Part shown: positions 50,570-63,190 of the stretch, piece after piece
Layout: each line of letters starts with the position of its first letter
How positions within the stretch are numbered: position 1 is the first letter of the stretch
Origin: Balanoglossus misakiensis
Lineage: Eukaryota; Animalia; Hemichordata
DNA: 64,000 nucleotides
Reading direction: 5' to 3'
Assembly (NCBI GenBank): GCA_040954595.2
Contig: CM082598.2
Coordinates: forward strand, 3,654,565-3,718,564
The notes under the pieces: generated by a model
Database searches by the model: none
Told to the model about the DNA's origin: nothing
Seen by the model: only the letters and a program-made list of their open reading frames with translations
Program-made: the position numbers and the translations under genes

Positions 50570-53209
50570 ATTTCTTTTTATATTTCCTTCGTTGTCCACA
50601 ACTAAACACAAAGAATAAACAGGACATGACAATACGACCTCTCAAAACTATGTCTTACACGTTTTAATATCGATTTCTACAAGACGGGCTCCAGGTATAT
50701 TGAATTTCTGAACAATTGGGTAAATGTTAACGATCGTGGTGGGATTTTTTCTAAGTTTGACCACTGTTTGACCACACGTGTATGTATGTAGACACGGTGC
50801 AATACTAAACCCAGAAACCCAGGGTTTCGTTTGTATAATCAAACGCCGTCACCTATCACACACAACTCACTCTAAACTATTAACTTAAAGCAATAACCCC
50901 CCCCCCCTTTCCACTCCTATAGGGCGGGTATACAGCAAGACATGGCTCAATTCACGACACATCTGCATGGGTTGAATAAAATAAAACAATCCCCCCCCCC
51001 CCTCCAACGGCACTACTACAATATACGTGTTGTTTCCCCGAATATAAACTGCCTAGCCATACAAGATCTCGCGGGGTCTCGTGGAGACCGGAAATGGTCT
51101 ATTCGCATCAAAAATCACGCAACGACTACATTTGCAGCGAAAGTCAGAACAGATAGTCAACCCCCTGAATGAGCTGGTAGTGGTCGGGCACACCTTTCAT
51201 AGAGGAATCTCAGTGACGTCATCGTTGTTTGAAGAGTGGGTCAGTGACCCTCTTTTTGATTGATTCTTAACGGTCCACATTGATATGTGACGGCCTACAT
51301 TCGAAACCAATATACCACCACATTTCAAATACGCGAGCACAACAGCAAGATGTCCACATTCCTCGGAGCGTATATTTGACACTGACGTCAGAATTCACGG
51401 GCGCGAAGACGTCTGCAGACGACAATTTTAGGCCAGGTCAGTTAAGTTGTTTCTACTCTTCAATGGCGGCGGGTGATGTTCCCTGTGCATCAAGTTGTCC
51501 CGCTCTGCTTGTGTAAAATTCGCGCACGACTCTTTCACGTTGACATCGGTATAAAACGATGTCCAACATGAGGTCTAGTTAATAAGTAATTTTCATTGCT
51601 GATGAAAACTATATCTTCGACTCATGATCCTAGCTCACACTGAAAACTTAATTCAAACGCCATGGTGTCATTTACGAAAAACGCATTCGATGTTACCGGA
51701 AATGAAATATTTATTACCTGAATTTAGTTTCGGAAGGATCTGACGTTCAAACAGGATACTGCATCATTTCCTTGTAAACATATCATCATGTTTATAGGAT
51801 GGTCAATTTGCTTTTGTCTTTATACAATTTCGTTCTATACTATGCACATACCATATATACCCCGTCTATGTAAATAGGGCTTAAAGGCCGATTTCTACAT
51901 AATTTGGTAGCTTTGTGTAAGTCGCGCGATTTTTCACAAAATCGAGGGAAAGTTGGGGTCATTCTATTCTTGTAAATTAAATCCACGTGTCAACTTTCGG
52001 AGACAGTGTAAAGTAGTGATATTTAATGGAAACAAGGCAATGAACACCCACATTTCTCCCGGACTTTGCGCGCACTTTAATATAGCGAAGTGTTGAAAGG
52101 TTTGGGGGACTACCATTTTTTGTGTCCCCGAGGGGCAGACTACAATCGTGACGTGTGCAGTTCCCTTCCTTGCTCTGAATCACATGCGCTTCTATTCTCA
52201 CTCGATATCATGACGTCAGACGCGCTAGACGGCCTAGTATTAAAGAAGACATTACACACAATCATGACGATTGAATATAAGCATAATTACTTACAGTGTA
52301 ATGTTTACAGAATCTAAATGACACGTTTGTTTGTATAATGTTGCTTTTTTCATGAATGTGAAAATTTGAATAAGCAGATAGTTTATATGAACCCTTTTAA
52401 CAAAATGAGTCGTGACAGGCTTCACCTTGTAGCGACTATTCCGTAAATTGAAAATTGCACCCTCAGCTACTAAAGGCCCCTCCTCTAACTGTCTGTGCTG
52501 GTGTCGCATAAACCCTTTCAAGAAAATGACTTTCGGCTGAAATGATTGTCCAAAGAAGACCATCGTCTGCTAGGATTACAAAAAAAATTACCGCTCTTCA
52601 ACTGCACACTTTCCGTTCAAGTGCGAGCTGTGCAAATGTTTGTTGTGTTGTTTGCGCGTTTAATTGACCGTGGTTGAACGGCAGCATCGTCAAGCTCTTT
52701 CGACTCCTACCTGATGTTTGTTTTGGATACACACTAAGTGCGTTTTGACAAATATTTTGTGTTTGTTCGCTTGGAAACGAAACATGCATCGCCAGCGCCG
52801 AGTCTGTAGCACAAAGGTTTGTGGACGCATTTGTCGTGCTCGTTTGGTTTGAGTGTAGCGCTGGACAGTTATGGCTGGACTTTAGTACAACGTATAGAGA
52901 ACAAGTTATTAACTATAGTCGAAGGATTACTCTGGTACATGTACTTGTATGAATGCCCCGCAAAGCTAGGATTCTAACGCGTTTAGTTGTGTTATGTCTG
53001 TGTGTTGTGTTGTGGTGTGTTGTTTCAGTGTACCTGACTGTCTTTATAAGTTTAGTGTAGTGTCATGAAATGCGGTGTAGTGTAGACTATATGGCTGTGT
53101 TTTGACGTGTTCTGTTCTTTCTTGTAAAGTTATGATGTACCGTAATGTCATATCATGTATTTCTTTATTTTTAGGCCGAAGTGAATGGTCAGGTGACACA
53201 GATTGACCA

Positions 53210-53428
53210 ATGGCAGAAAGTCACCGGAAGTCCGAAAAAGAAGGCGGAAAACCGAAGCCCCAAAGTGGCACGGTTTTTGAAGATGGTGAAGTGAGGAAGC
53301 AAACACATCACTGCCTGCAGAGGGCGCTGGTCGAAGACACCAAGATGCCGCCCTCAACGCCAAAAAGCGACTACGCCACTGCCAAAAGGAGAATCGAGGG
53401 ACAGTTAGAAATGTTGAGAAGGGATCTT
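53210..53428 (+). CDS. FAM167/LURAP1(FAM89)-like coiled-coil protein, coding exon 1
   Basis: Acceptor ttattttag| at 53175, ATG 53210, ...RRIEGQLEMLRRDL|GTAAGT, phase 0. Confidence 0.75.
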
Positions 53429-53701
53429 GTAAGTGATACGATGCTTGTTGATTCTTTAAGCCCAGTGACCACAAATATTCTGCAAATTTTGCGTTCGACG
53501 CATTCAAATAGTGGACTACCTTTTGCTTCCTGTCATATTTCATGTGACAAAAATTCTACATGTTAGGCTATGGAATGTGATAACCACGCACTGCATCTGG
53601 CTGGTAATCCACCTTAAGCACGGAACTACACATGTTTTTAATGGCCTGAACTGGAGGTACTAACACTGTGGTTTTTTTTTTTCAATTTCAACTTGTTGTA
53701 G

Positions 53702-53936
53702 ACAATTATGCAAAGCCAAGACCAGTCGTTGCTCAGGCAACTGCTGCACATCCACGAAATGATTGGACAACTGAGCGGTCAAAGATTTAGAAGAAGCAGT
53801 GTGGCGACTAGTCTAGGGGGCGGCCCAGTGGAGGTCGAGATTCAAGAGATCATACAGAGGCTGTCACCAAGGCGACTGCGCAGTCTCAGTCTTTCCCACA
53901 CTGATCAAGAAGACGTGCCTGAATTTGCATTTGACG
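53702..53936 (+). CDS. FAM167/LURAP1-like protein, coding exon 2
   Basis: Spliced motif LEMLRRDL-TIMQSQDQSLLRQLLHIHEMIGQL resembles FAM167 'WLRKELxEMRxQDQxLARQLMRL' and FAM89/LURAP 'LRKEMVGLRQLDMSLLCQL'; donor G|GTGAGG. Confidence 0.75.
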
Positions 53937-54033
53937 GTGAGGCACTATTCACGTTAATTCAATACGTAGCTGCAACGTATCATGTAGCTATCACGTGGCA
54001 CAGGGCGAGGGATCCACGTGATTATATTTCTCA

Positions 54034-54071
54034 GTATGTATGTATGTATGTATGTATGTATGTATGTATGT
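54034..54071. repeat. (TATG)n microsatellite
   Basis: About 9 units, intronic. Confidence 0.95.
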
Positions 54072-54193
54072 TTCTGTCCACCGTTCCCTGAACCCTGCTC
54101 TTAGAAGCCGCACGTGCTCACACATCACTCGTACTCATTACATCATGTCGTGCTTTACAAAGAATATGTGCATTCTCGTGTTGTTTGTTACAG

Positions 54194-54237
54194 AGTCATT
54201 TGACCAGCTTAGCTGTTCCTATCCCTCTGCTTTCTGA
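54194..54237 (+). CDS. FAM167/LURAP1-like protein, coding exon 3 (stop); total ~165 aa
   Basis: tttgttacag| acceptor, phase 1, (E)SFDQLSCSYPSAF*; then donor after 54248, acceptor at 54578 and AATAAA at 54792. Confidence 0.65.
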
Positions 54238-55331
54238 CGACATCAAGGGTAAGGTACACATAAGCTCATTTGTTGGTTATTGCTAGTAGGTGCGGCACAC
54301 TCTGCGAAATAGCCAAGCCGCCATCTTGTACGTATATATCACGTAATTGCACGAGAACCATATATTGGTCGTCAACAACGTGCTTGTATCTATGACAACC
54401 ATTTGACTGTGCCTAGCAGTCAAGCGCTCTCTTGTTACAAGGAAATACTTGTATTATTCCCTAATATTTGATAGTCTGCTCGTCTTACACGACCAGAAGT
54501 ACACTTGAAATTTGAGATGGCCTTATTTTTGTCACAAAGAGAATAACCTTGTAAAACTATCCTCTTTTCTCCAACAGGGCAGTACTACAATTAAAACCTG
54601 GGACCCGATTTTGGCGTTGCAACAACAAAGTGTGAGAACCAAGCAGTAATGATGAATCCGTCAATTAATCATGCTATACGTAGAATATTTAGAGCAAGGC
54701 ACTTACCGTCTGCCACTGTTTCCTCATTGCCACCGCTAATTATTCATACAACTTCTGTCCGCCATATTGTCCCATTGTTATCGTGCTGCATAATAAAAAT
54801 TATTGCAAAACTGAATAAGCATATGATCCAGACATGGACAGTACTGTCTATGATCCAGGGTACTTTTTTGGCTCAGTACTTTTTTTATTTTCACTAACTA
54901 AAGCAAACTCATAATAAGTTGTACAAATACACAAGTGTTTATCTCCTATACATGCCCATGTATGTAAAATTTGTATTTATGTCCGGGCTTGAATAGACTT
55001 GTAAACAGTAACAGTGATTGGTACACATTTATGATTTGAAGTGATGAGATAATATACAGAAGAAGATACTGTAGTTTATAAAAATACTGAAACAATAGGC
55101 AGAAGTTAGAGGCAGCCTCTCTAACCAAAGCTGCTCATAAAATTGCTACTTGACACCTGACAAGTGTAAACATATATATCACTTTAATAGCTTAATACAT
55201 TACATTGCGTTTGTACATGTATTTGATAAGTTATGAAAACGAGATAAAGTAATCCAGTTTCATCATTCCATGGTTGAATTCAAACAAAGATGGGTGAGTT
55301 TTTTGGTCGAATAAATTCCCTGGGAAATCCA

Positions 55332-55360
55332 TCAGGCTGTCAAAAGCGCCTTCATCAGTT
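55332..55360 (-). CDS. Calmodulin-like protein, last exon
   Basis: 29-nt coding part (E)LMKALLTA*, same size as the calmodulin terminal exon; ttattcacag| acceptor. Confidence 0.85.
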
Positions 55361-55504
55361 CTGTGAATAAAGAGACAAGAAAATACATAAGACTGAATGG
55401 TCAATCGGCCATCTTGAAATTGTGTCGACCATGTGAGATTTTCATCACTCACTTAGGTAGCTTAAAACCTATTTAATGTAGGGAGAATTGAAATGCTAGC
55501 TCAC

Positions 55505-55762
55505 CATCATACTTGATAACGCCGCAATTGTCAGTGTCAAGTTCATTAATAAGTTCCTCCATTTCCTCGTTGCTTAATTTCTCGCCAACTTGAGTCAAGA
55601 TATTTCTGATTTCAGACGTCTTGACGAATCCTGCCCGATCCTTGTCAAAGACCTGCACGGCACGTGCCGCCTGTTTTTGACTGTTATCCTCACGTGACAT
55701 CCTGCTGGCCATTATCGTGAGGAATTCTGGGAAGTCTACGTTGTCGGATTCTACGTTGAGAG
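55505..55762 (-). CDS. Calmodulin-like protein, EF2-EF4 exon
   Basis: VDFPEFLTIMA...VFDKDRAGFVKTSEIRNILTQVGEKLSNEEMEELINELDTDNCGVIKYD; phase 1-1, G|GTGAGC donor. Confidence 0.92.
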
Positions 55763-56101
55763 CTGTAGACATACAACACAAAAATATGCATGAGTGACCA
55801 AAGATTAAGGAAAATTCTTTAGTTTTGTCTCAAACATCGGTCTAGCAGGGGTAAGAAAAAAAATGGATGGGAGCCGAATTTTCTCACCTCAACTGCCTAA
55901 ATGATAGTCTGGTCCCCTACCCATTTTTTTACCGCTGACTGCGCTGTACTACAACGTTTATCTCGTAGAACAGCGCATCAGGTCAGACTCGGCTGATCAG
56001 AATAACTAAATGTGGCACACAAATATAAATGCAGAACAAACTAACATCAGCAAGTCGAGAAAAGAACACGTGAACATTTCACATGAAGTCATTCAACCTA
56101 C

Positions 56102-56242
56102 CGTCTTTTCTGTTCAGAATTATTTCCCGAATTTCTCGTTCTGTGATTAAAGGCCCCATAATTCTCAGGGTGGTTTCCAGTTCTCGGACGGTGATGGCGC
56201 CATCATCGTCCTTGTCGAACAAGGAGAAGACCTCCTTGAGTT
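56102..56242 (-). CDS. Calmodulin-like protein, EF1 exon
   Basis: LKEVFSLFDKDDDGAITVRELETTLRIMG...; canonical EF loop DKDDDGAITVRE; phase 1-1. Confidence 0.92.
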
Positions 56243-56739
56243 CTGAAGAATTAAAAGAACGAAAAGACAAAACGTCAGTTTGGATCCGCCATTGGCATCA
56301 CACCTCGTTTGGCCAAATATTCTGATTAAAGTTTAAGCTTAGAGAGGTCGTAATGTCAATATATTAAAGAGAAACTCGTTAATGTGTAACTCAATTAACT
56401 TGGCCTCAGGGTTTGTAAATCACTGATTGTGGCAATTGTGAATCAGATTTGCGAAAAAGAAAAAATTAAACATCCGCTACATTTTGGACTTATTGAACAG
56501 GGAAGTAAAATCGTCTCCTGCACCGTCACTCTTGTATTTGCATAAATCTCAGTTCCCAAATGTGGTATGGAATGCTAAACTTGCAAAAACATTTGATATT
56601 ATTAAAATCAGTAGTTGATATCATGACAATCATAGATTACTGCTCGTAGCCACCAAAGTATACACTGCTAAATCAATTCTCTCAAACACACACACGTAGA
56701 GAGATACAACACGATACTGGGTCACACTTGTGTACTTAC

Positions 56740-56770
56740 GTGAGATCTGCTTTTCAGACAGGATGTCGAC
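56740..56770 (-). CDS. Calmodulin-like protein, 31-nt exon 2
   Basis: VDILSEKQIS, 31 nt like calmodulin 'ADQLTEEQIA'; tcttttcag| and C|GTAAGT. Confidence 0.88.
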
Positions 56771-58325
56771 CTGAAAAGACAAAACCAAAATGTGAGTTTG
56801 CTGTGAAGGTGTCCAAATGAACAGTTGGTATAACGGAAGTCGTGGTTGATGAAACTCTAATTTACCTGTTACACAATGAAAGATACGAATTGGGGGGTTT
56901 GACTACAGTGTGCTGAACCAGGTCATGTGTGGTCAATGATTGCACCCATATCCTCTACTCACAACCTGTCATTTATTAATCCACGAGGAGCTAAAGATCA
57001 CAGACATGCAATTGAATGAGAACGGCGTTGCCCGCGTCTCGCGGTTGATAACGCGAATTCATCCGCGACGCGCGCGCGAGTGGAGGGCGCGAGCGCGCGG
57101 CGCGGGTGGCCATCACGGTACTCCGGCCATAGAAGACGTACATACATGTGCATGTACCCGACTTTGTGCACTTTCACAGGTAATATTCAACTTTGAATTC
57201 TGTTTTTCAAGTAGGTCATGTTCGGTCCTATTTCCCTTTTGGACCAAGCGGGTCAATAAATTCCAAAAGTTTGGCTTAGAGACGGCAGAGTTCAAGTCAA
57301 AGGGGCTGCACATACATACCCATTTTTATTTAAAAATTAAAAACAAAAGAAATGCTCCGAGATCTTGGGTTACGTAGCCTGAGGGCGCCCTATACAACGT
57401 GTACATGTACTCTACATCTCAAGTCGAGAGAGCGTGACCCGACAACACCCCGCGATACATGGTCAAAGATCAACATTGCAATCACTTTGTTTGTCCAGAA
57501 CTGTATACACGACAGGTGTACAAACGCCCCATCGGTTGCGTTTACGCCCCTTCTTGCAAGCGACTTATAAAATATTCTTGAAAAGACGATCTGGTCTTAT
57601 CCGTCGCAAGGTGTCCACAAGTAATATGACGACAAAATCACCCACCTTTTGTGTAGGTTTCTTGGAGACGTCGGACATATTGTCTTACACGCGACACAGG
57701 CCCCACAACAATTGAATACCGTTGACAATAGAGCACGCGAGAAATACTGAGCAGATCCCAGACAATGAAACGTGGTTTTTTTTCGCACACTGTTTTCAGT
57801 AAATGGAATAATGTACTTGGACTGTCCGGATGAATTTTATCAGTACTAGTACTGAGCTGTCATGACACAACTCGGCCGAAATTTTAGGTACGCCATCAGA
57901 AATTTCTGCGCGATCGCGATATCAACTGGAAGGCCATGTCTGCCAGTAGCTATTACGTTATTGACAAATAAGCGATATGCAAATATCTGATTTACATGTA
58001 TGCTAACAATAGCAAGGTTAGTATTTCCGATGTCGTCGACCGTGTAGTTTGGTTTGGTCGTGAGGACGACATATATCGCAATATGAAATCAAGAGGAGGA
58101 TAAAAATTAACAATTAACAAAATTTGTATAGGTCGGTGAACAATTGCTTTTATACGCTGCTCATACATGCCGTATGTTTACGTACGCCCTCGACAGTTCC
58201 GAAATTGAATCAAGGTTTGTGTATCTGACGTATGTTCCAAATTCGTGGACGACAGATGTAAGCGAGGTCATTTGTGTGGATGAGTACTGTACGGAAAGTG
58301 AGCTTATCAAAAGTATAGGACTTAC

Positions 58326-58439
58326 CAAAGTCTTGCCGAAATTCACCATTCCTTTCTTGTTTCCGTTATGGTGATTTGGCACCGTTGGTCCTGGGGTCCC
58401 GTTGACTGGCTCGGGGTCGACGTGGCGTCCGTTCTCCAT
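58326..58439 (-). CDS. Calmodulin-like protein, candidate coding exon 1 (31-38 aa N-terminal extension)
   Basis: gacATGG start; MENGRHVDPEPVNGTPGPTVPNHHNGNKKGM|GTGAAT (58347) or ...VNFGKTL|GTAAGT (58326); both donors phase 0, in frame with exon 2. Confidence 0.6.
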
Positions 58440-61400
58440 GTCGTCGGCCCGTCCTCTTGTCGTCTGCTCTCCGTGAAACTACAACTTTTGGGCGACGGTG
58501 CTACTAACGGCGCGACGTCACACACAACTCGCGGCCATGTCACGAGGCCGACCCGGGGCCAGCACAAATTGTCCTCGAAACGACAAAATTTGTATGCGTG
58601 TTGCTGTCCACCTGGTGAAATGGAGTTCTCTAGTCCGATTGGATAATACTAACACCACTCGCGTAGTCTTTAAAAACACACACCGTTCGGTTTTTGATGG
58701 CAAAGGTGGTGAACCCATAAACTAATTTCAATCTAATTTAATAAAACTGTGTCTTTACACTTAATTTGCTGCTTCTATGTTCATCGGCGCACATGACGTA
58801 ACATACTAACAACAAACAATAAAAAAAATGCATCAGACTGGTCGGTAACTAAAGTTTTGAATAACAGCTCGCGCATTCTGTGCAGACATGTGACGTCATC
58901 GCACATTTGCTTCTGATTGGTGAATTACTTTGTAAACTTACGCTTCGAACAGGTGGGAAACAGTTGTAGGAATATATTAACCTAGGCCCTAATTAGCGCC
59001 GCAGAAGTACTGTTGGGCCAATAGACGATAATATCATACGTGAGATTGTTGATCAGAGTCCGTCAAGCGCCACCATACGGCTATGAAATTCCTAATGGTT
59101 GCAGCGGGAATTTGATCAATGAAGACGTTTAAAGAGAAATGTTTTTTTCAATTGTACGCCTGTGTATGTATTTTCGTTGATCCTAATCTTGATTAGTTTA
59201 TTGGGCTTCCGGAGAAGCCAACAAAAATTGCAGCAGCCGACGGTATTTCACGTCGTCAGTGCGGGGTATTGGGGTAAGTTTTCAACTAGCAATAATCGCG
59301 CCTCGGATAGACCTCATTGGCTACGATATCGCCTCTGCGCAAAGATAACGTGAGACGCCCTCCGTGTGGCTATTATGCACGCGAACAAAACTCTATCTAC
59401 GGTGGGAAGTTCTGTCTTTGCAAACGTAGTCGTTACGTTTGAGCATTTACGTTATCGAGAAGTGCGTGCGCAATTTAATGATCTGGCCAGGCGGTCCAAT
59501 ATCACTTTGAGACTAAATAAAAGCGCAAAGTACAGATTTCGTTATGAAATGTTGAAATGAACAACGCGAAAATGTACGATTACGAGACTACATTATGTAT
59601 CAACGGTCACGTGTTAATACGAGCATAGTGTATTTGCATATGAAAAGTGGTACATTATGACGTCACAACAGGACCTCAGAAGAAGCCAACAGTACCAATA
59701 ACTGCTTGGACCAGCCGTCATTCAAAATAGATCTAATTTCGAATCCTGTTATATACAAGTCGATCAAAATAGACAAATACATGAAATATACAGAAACGTA
59801 CGCTACAATTTTATGTCGAATTCTCGTTGCTATAGGCCTACACTAATAAAGATTAGGACCACAAAGTAAGAAGTTATAACAGCATACACATACGTAATAT
59901 TCATCTTATAAACAAGTATGCGTGTGTACATGGCTATATGGCCAAAAGGTTTAGTGACCCTTTTTTTCTAAAGTTTTAAATAAAAAGCTTTCCGCGGACT
60001 GATTTCAGTGCGTCAGAGGGCGCTCTCTCAGACGAAGTGGTGTGGAGATCGCGGTGACCACAATCACAATCTGGATGGTGTCGCGTCAAGTGGATGATAT
60101 GTATGTACCCTATCGATATATACGAGTCTTTTAGTCCAACCGTGACGTAGTGAATGATACACCACGTGATTGGTTGATAGCTGACAAATTTAGCAGTCAG
60201 CGCGTCTGTTGCGTGGAATAATTGCCACTTCGCGTGAAATCTCGTCCCACGGAACCTGTCCACTGGAAAATTCTGTTCTTTTGATCAAGTTAAGGAAATC
60301 GGTGGGAATTTCCACCAGCCACCGGACACTTGGAGCGTGCGCATGAGGTAAGTGTGGCCAGACTCACATATTCGTATCCTATCATAAAGTCCGTTGCTTT
60401 GGAAACAAGGGCAACCGTGAGATTCCCACCTTGGCCGGAAGAAGTAGTTCGCCGCACAGCTGGTAACGCTCACAGAAAACCAGGCCTGTACATGTATTAC
60501 ACCAGTCACCAACCACCAAGGCGGTGACTTCGAAGTTTTTTTTACTCAAACGCAGAAACTTCGATCGTCGTTACCGGCATTTCGGGACGAGCTAATACTT
60601 CATCCGCGCACGAACACACCCCGCTGAGAAACATGAACTATTTTACGATGCCCGTAAAATTAAAACGTCGCAGAAATCTCTCGTTTTACTGCCGGAGTGT
60701 ACGCCTTTGCTATGACACATACGGTTCCATCTCAAGAGGGCGATAAGGTCAACTACCAGAGCCTTATCTGAAACCACCACTCATTAACCGTCGCGGCGGT
60801 TCAGTATAAGCCTAACAAACAGACACACACACTCAGTACTTCATACCTATCTACCCGTGGGAAAAATGTCGATATACAACGCCATGTTTTCGTTTCAAGG
60901 CATACCCTCCCGGATGTAATATATCTTCCCTGGTAAAGTATCTGTGATTTGTTATATTGTACGTCGAAGCTGACCTGGCCTGGTAGACAGTGGCGACACG
61001 TCGCCCCTTTCGAGAGCCAGCACACCGATACCGACCAATTCACCCCTTACACTTCATTGAGTCTCGGGGTTAAAGGAGACGTTTGCTCAAGTGACGCGAT
61101 TATCTTGCTGCCCATTTTGCGCGAAATTGTAGACTCTGCGGGAAGCACCACACACCCCACGGGGTGTTCTCGTAAAAGTGCGCCTCTGACGAGAGTCCAA
61201 ATTTGTAAATAAATCACGTTTGGTTTGAATACGTCATAACGCTACTCATGCGAGAAACACGGTACATGTATTGTCATTATTGATATCCGACATTTTAAGC
61301 CAATATCAACCCCTGATATAAACCCAAGGGAAATCGCTCCGCAATTGAGTGGAAATTGTCGGCAGGATTTCATCCATCTTCGTTGCCATGACGATGAATT

Positions 61401-62035
61401 TCGCGCACGACAGCGATTGCAGTGAGTGACCCCATTCGGACATGGTTTTATCGGTACCCCAGCCATCGCCATTGTCAAGTTCAAAAGTTAAAGTGTTGCC
61501 GTGAAGCAACTGTTTTCGCTGTAGTTACGACCAATCCTTAAACTCCAGTCTAGAATGTCAGAATACAGCGTTCAATTTATTTCGAGGACGTAAAATACCA
61601 CAACGTTTCACAGTCTTGCCTGTGAGCTTTGGAACAGACGGTAACCACTCGAGCCTATTGACGTTTCAAGTCGCTAACAAACAAACAAAAATTGTGAACT
61701 GCGAATCTTTGATGCCACAACAAGAAGCTTTGTCTGGACTCTGGTACAGTGGAGGCACACGACAAGAGAGGTCGGAAGGTCGCCGCACATACTCAATAAA
61801 ACAGACGATAATATATAAGCTGCCAGAACAGGTGCATGGCCTTTACCTTTGTGCATATCGATCGATTCACATTTTTGTGCTTGCTTCTCTCGCGGGTTTT
61901 GTGATTTTTAGAGAAGACGACACACGTCCAACGGTACATGTGTATTGTATGCACGTGGCTTCTGGGGTCTTGGGAACCTTGCCTGGCAGAACCAGCGTGC
62001 GTTCACCTGCGAATTTCCGCAATCATGTCATGTCG

Positions 62036-62132
62036 TTAACCCCCCCCCCCCCCCACACATCACTCTTTAGAGGTCCAACCTTACCATAGAAAACAATGGG
62101 TTTGGACTGAACCATGGTGGTGAAAGGGTAAA
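62036..62132. mobile_element. 85-bp TTAA MITE copy with poly-C expansion at left end
   Basis: CTTTAGAGGTCCAAC...AACCATGGTGGTGAAAGGGTAAA, near-identical to 30233-30300. Confidence 0.8.
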
Positions 62133-63190
62133 ACGTTGGGGCATTTGTGTTGGCTTTTTCTTCTGTTTGCACCTTGGGAATTCACAACAACTATTGTCGT
62201 GAGACTGGCGCATTGGAGATCAACAACAATGGGGACATATAAAACCACTGACTTCGCTTCATAGCCATCACGTAATCCGAGTAATTTCTCGTCTTAATCG
62301 CACAATTAAGATGCACTATACGTATGAAACATAGAGAACGACTATTTTTGATCGGCCATTCAATCTTGGATGCGGTTGTCACCAATCTGTGAGCGGCCAT
62401 AGTTAAAAAATTCCATCGGTGACCGTCTACCTACATTATGGTCCAACCGAAGCAATATGTTATCAGATCACAAGCTGAAGTCTCCGACTATTACAATACA
62501 ATTTTCAATTTATCAAAATATGTACAAGAGATCAAGGAAGCGAAAATATCACTGAAGATCAAACGAACCTCGCAAAACACCCGAGTCTACGCCTGATTTC
62601 AATTCGCTGACAACCTTGGTATGTGGTAAATTAGGGTACGATGGGCTGAACGCCGACATCTTAACGTTTGTCCGACAGATTAGATGTATTTGCTGTGAGA
62701 TTGTCGTATCTTTGTGAACATAACATTAAAATGTAACAAGCCGTCAACAAGTTGTTGTACGGCACGATTTTAAATCTCCTTTTTAAACCAGTACTTGCTG
62801 TATTTTAGGAAATATCTTACATCGCTTGGTTACGAATCACGGTCGTTAGCAACATTCCATTTTTCCAACATTCGAGGTTTTTTTTTTCGAGAAATGATCC
62901 CAAACTCCAAACCAAATGATTCATGGGTAAATGCAACCTGGATCTTCACGCGTGCGTATGACACAACGGATCACCGTTACTTTGCGTTAACAAAGACGTA
63001 AACAAAACTCTTAGAATCCCCAGGTGATCTCAGTAATGGTCTTAAGGTTTTACAGCTTTGAGTAATGATCACCCAAACAATGAAAAGTGATCTTTATGTT
63101 AATAGATTTTCTTTCAGAGTATGTTGTAGACGGCCAACAGCTTTTGTTGTCCGTTCTGTTTGTTACTTGCTGTACAACTCTTAGATTTAT

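Noticed and set aside
56855-56885. AG|GT ratchet-like site in the calmodulin-like intron
   Set aside because: Intron is only ~1.6 kb, and use as a plain acceptor gives an immediate stop; likely chance.
16791-58439. Functional cluster of KCNQ1 with the calmodulin-like gene
   Set aside because: KCNQ channels bind canonical calmodulin, but 40-kb proximity with unrelated genes between is not evidence of coupling.
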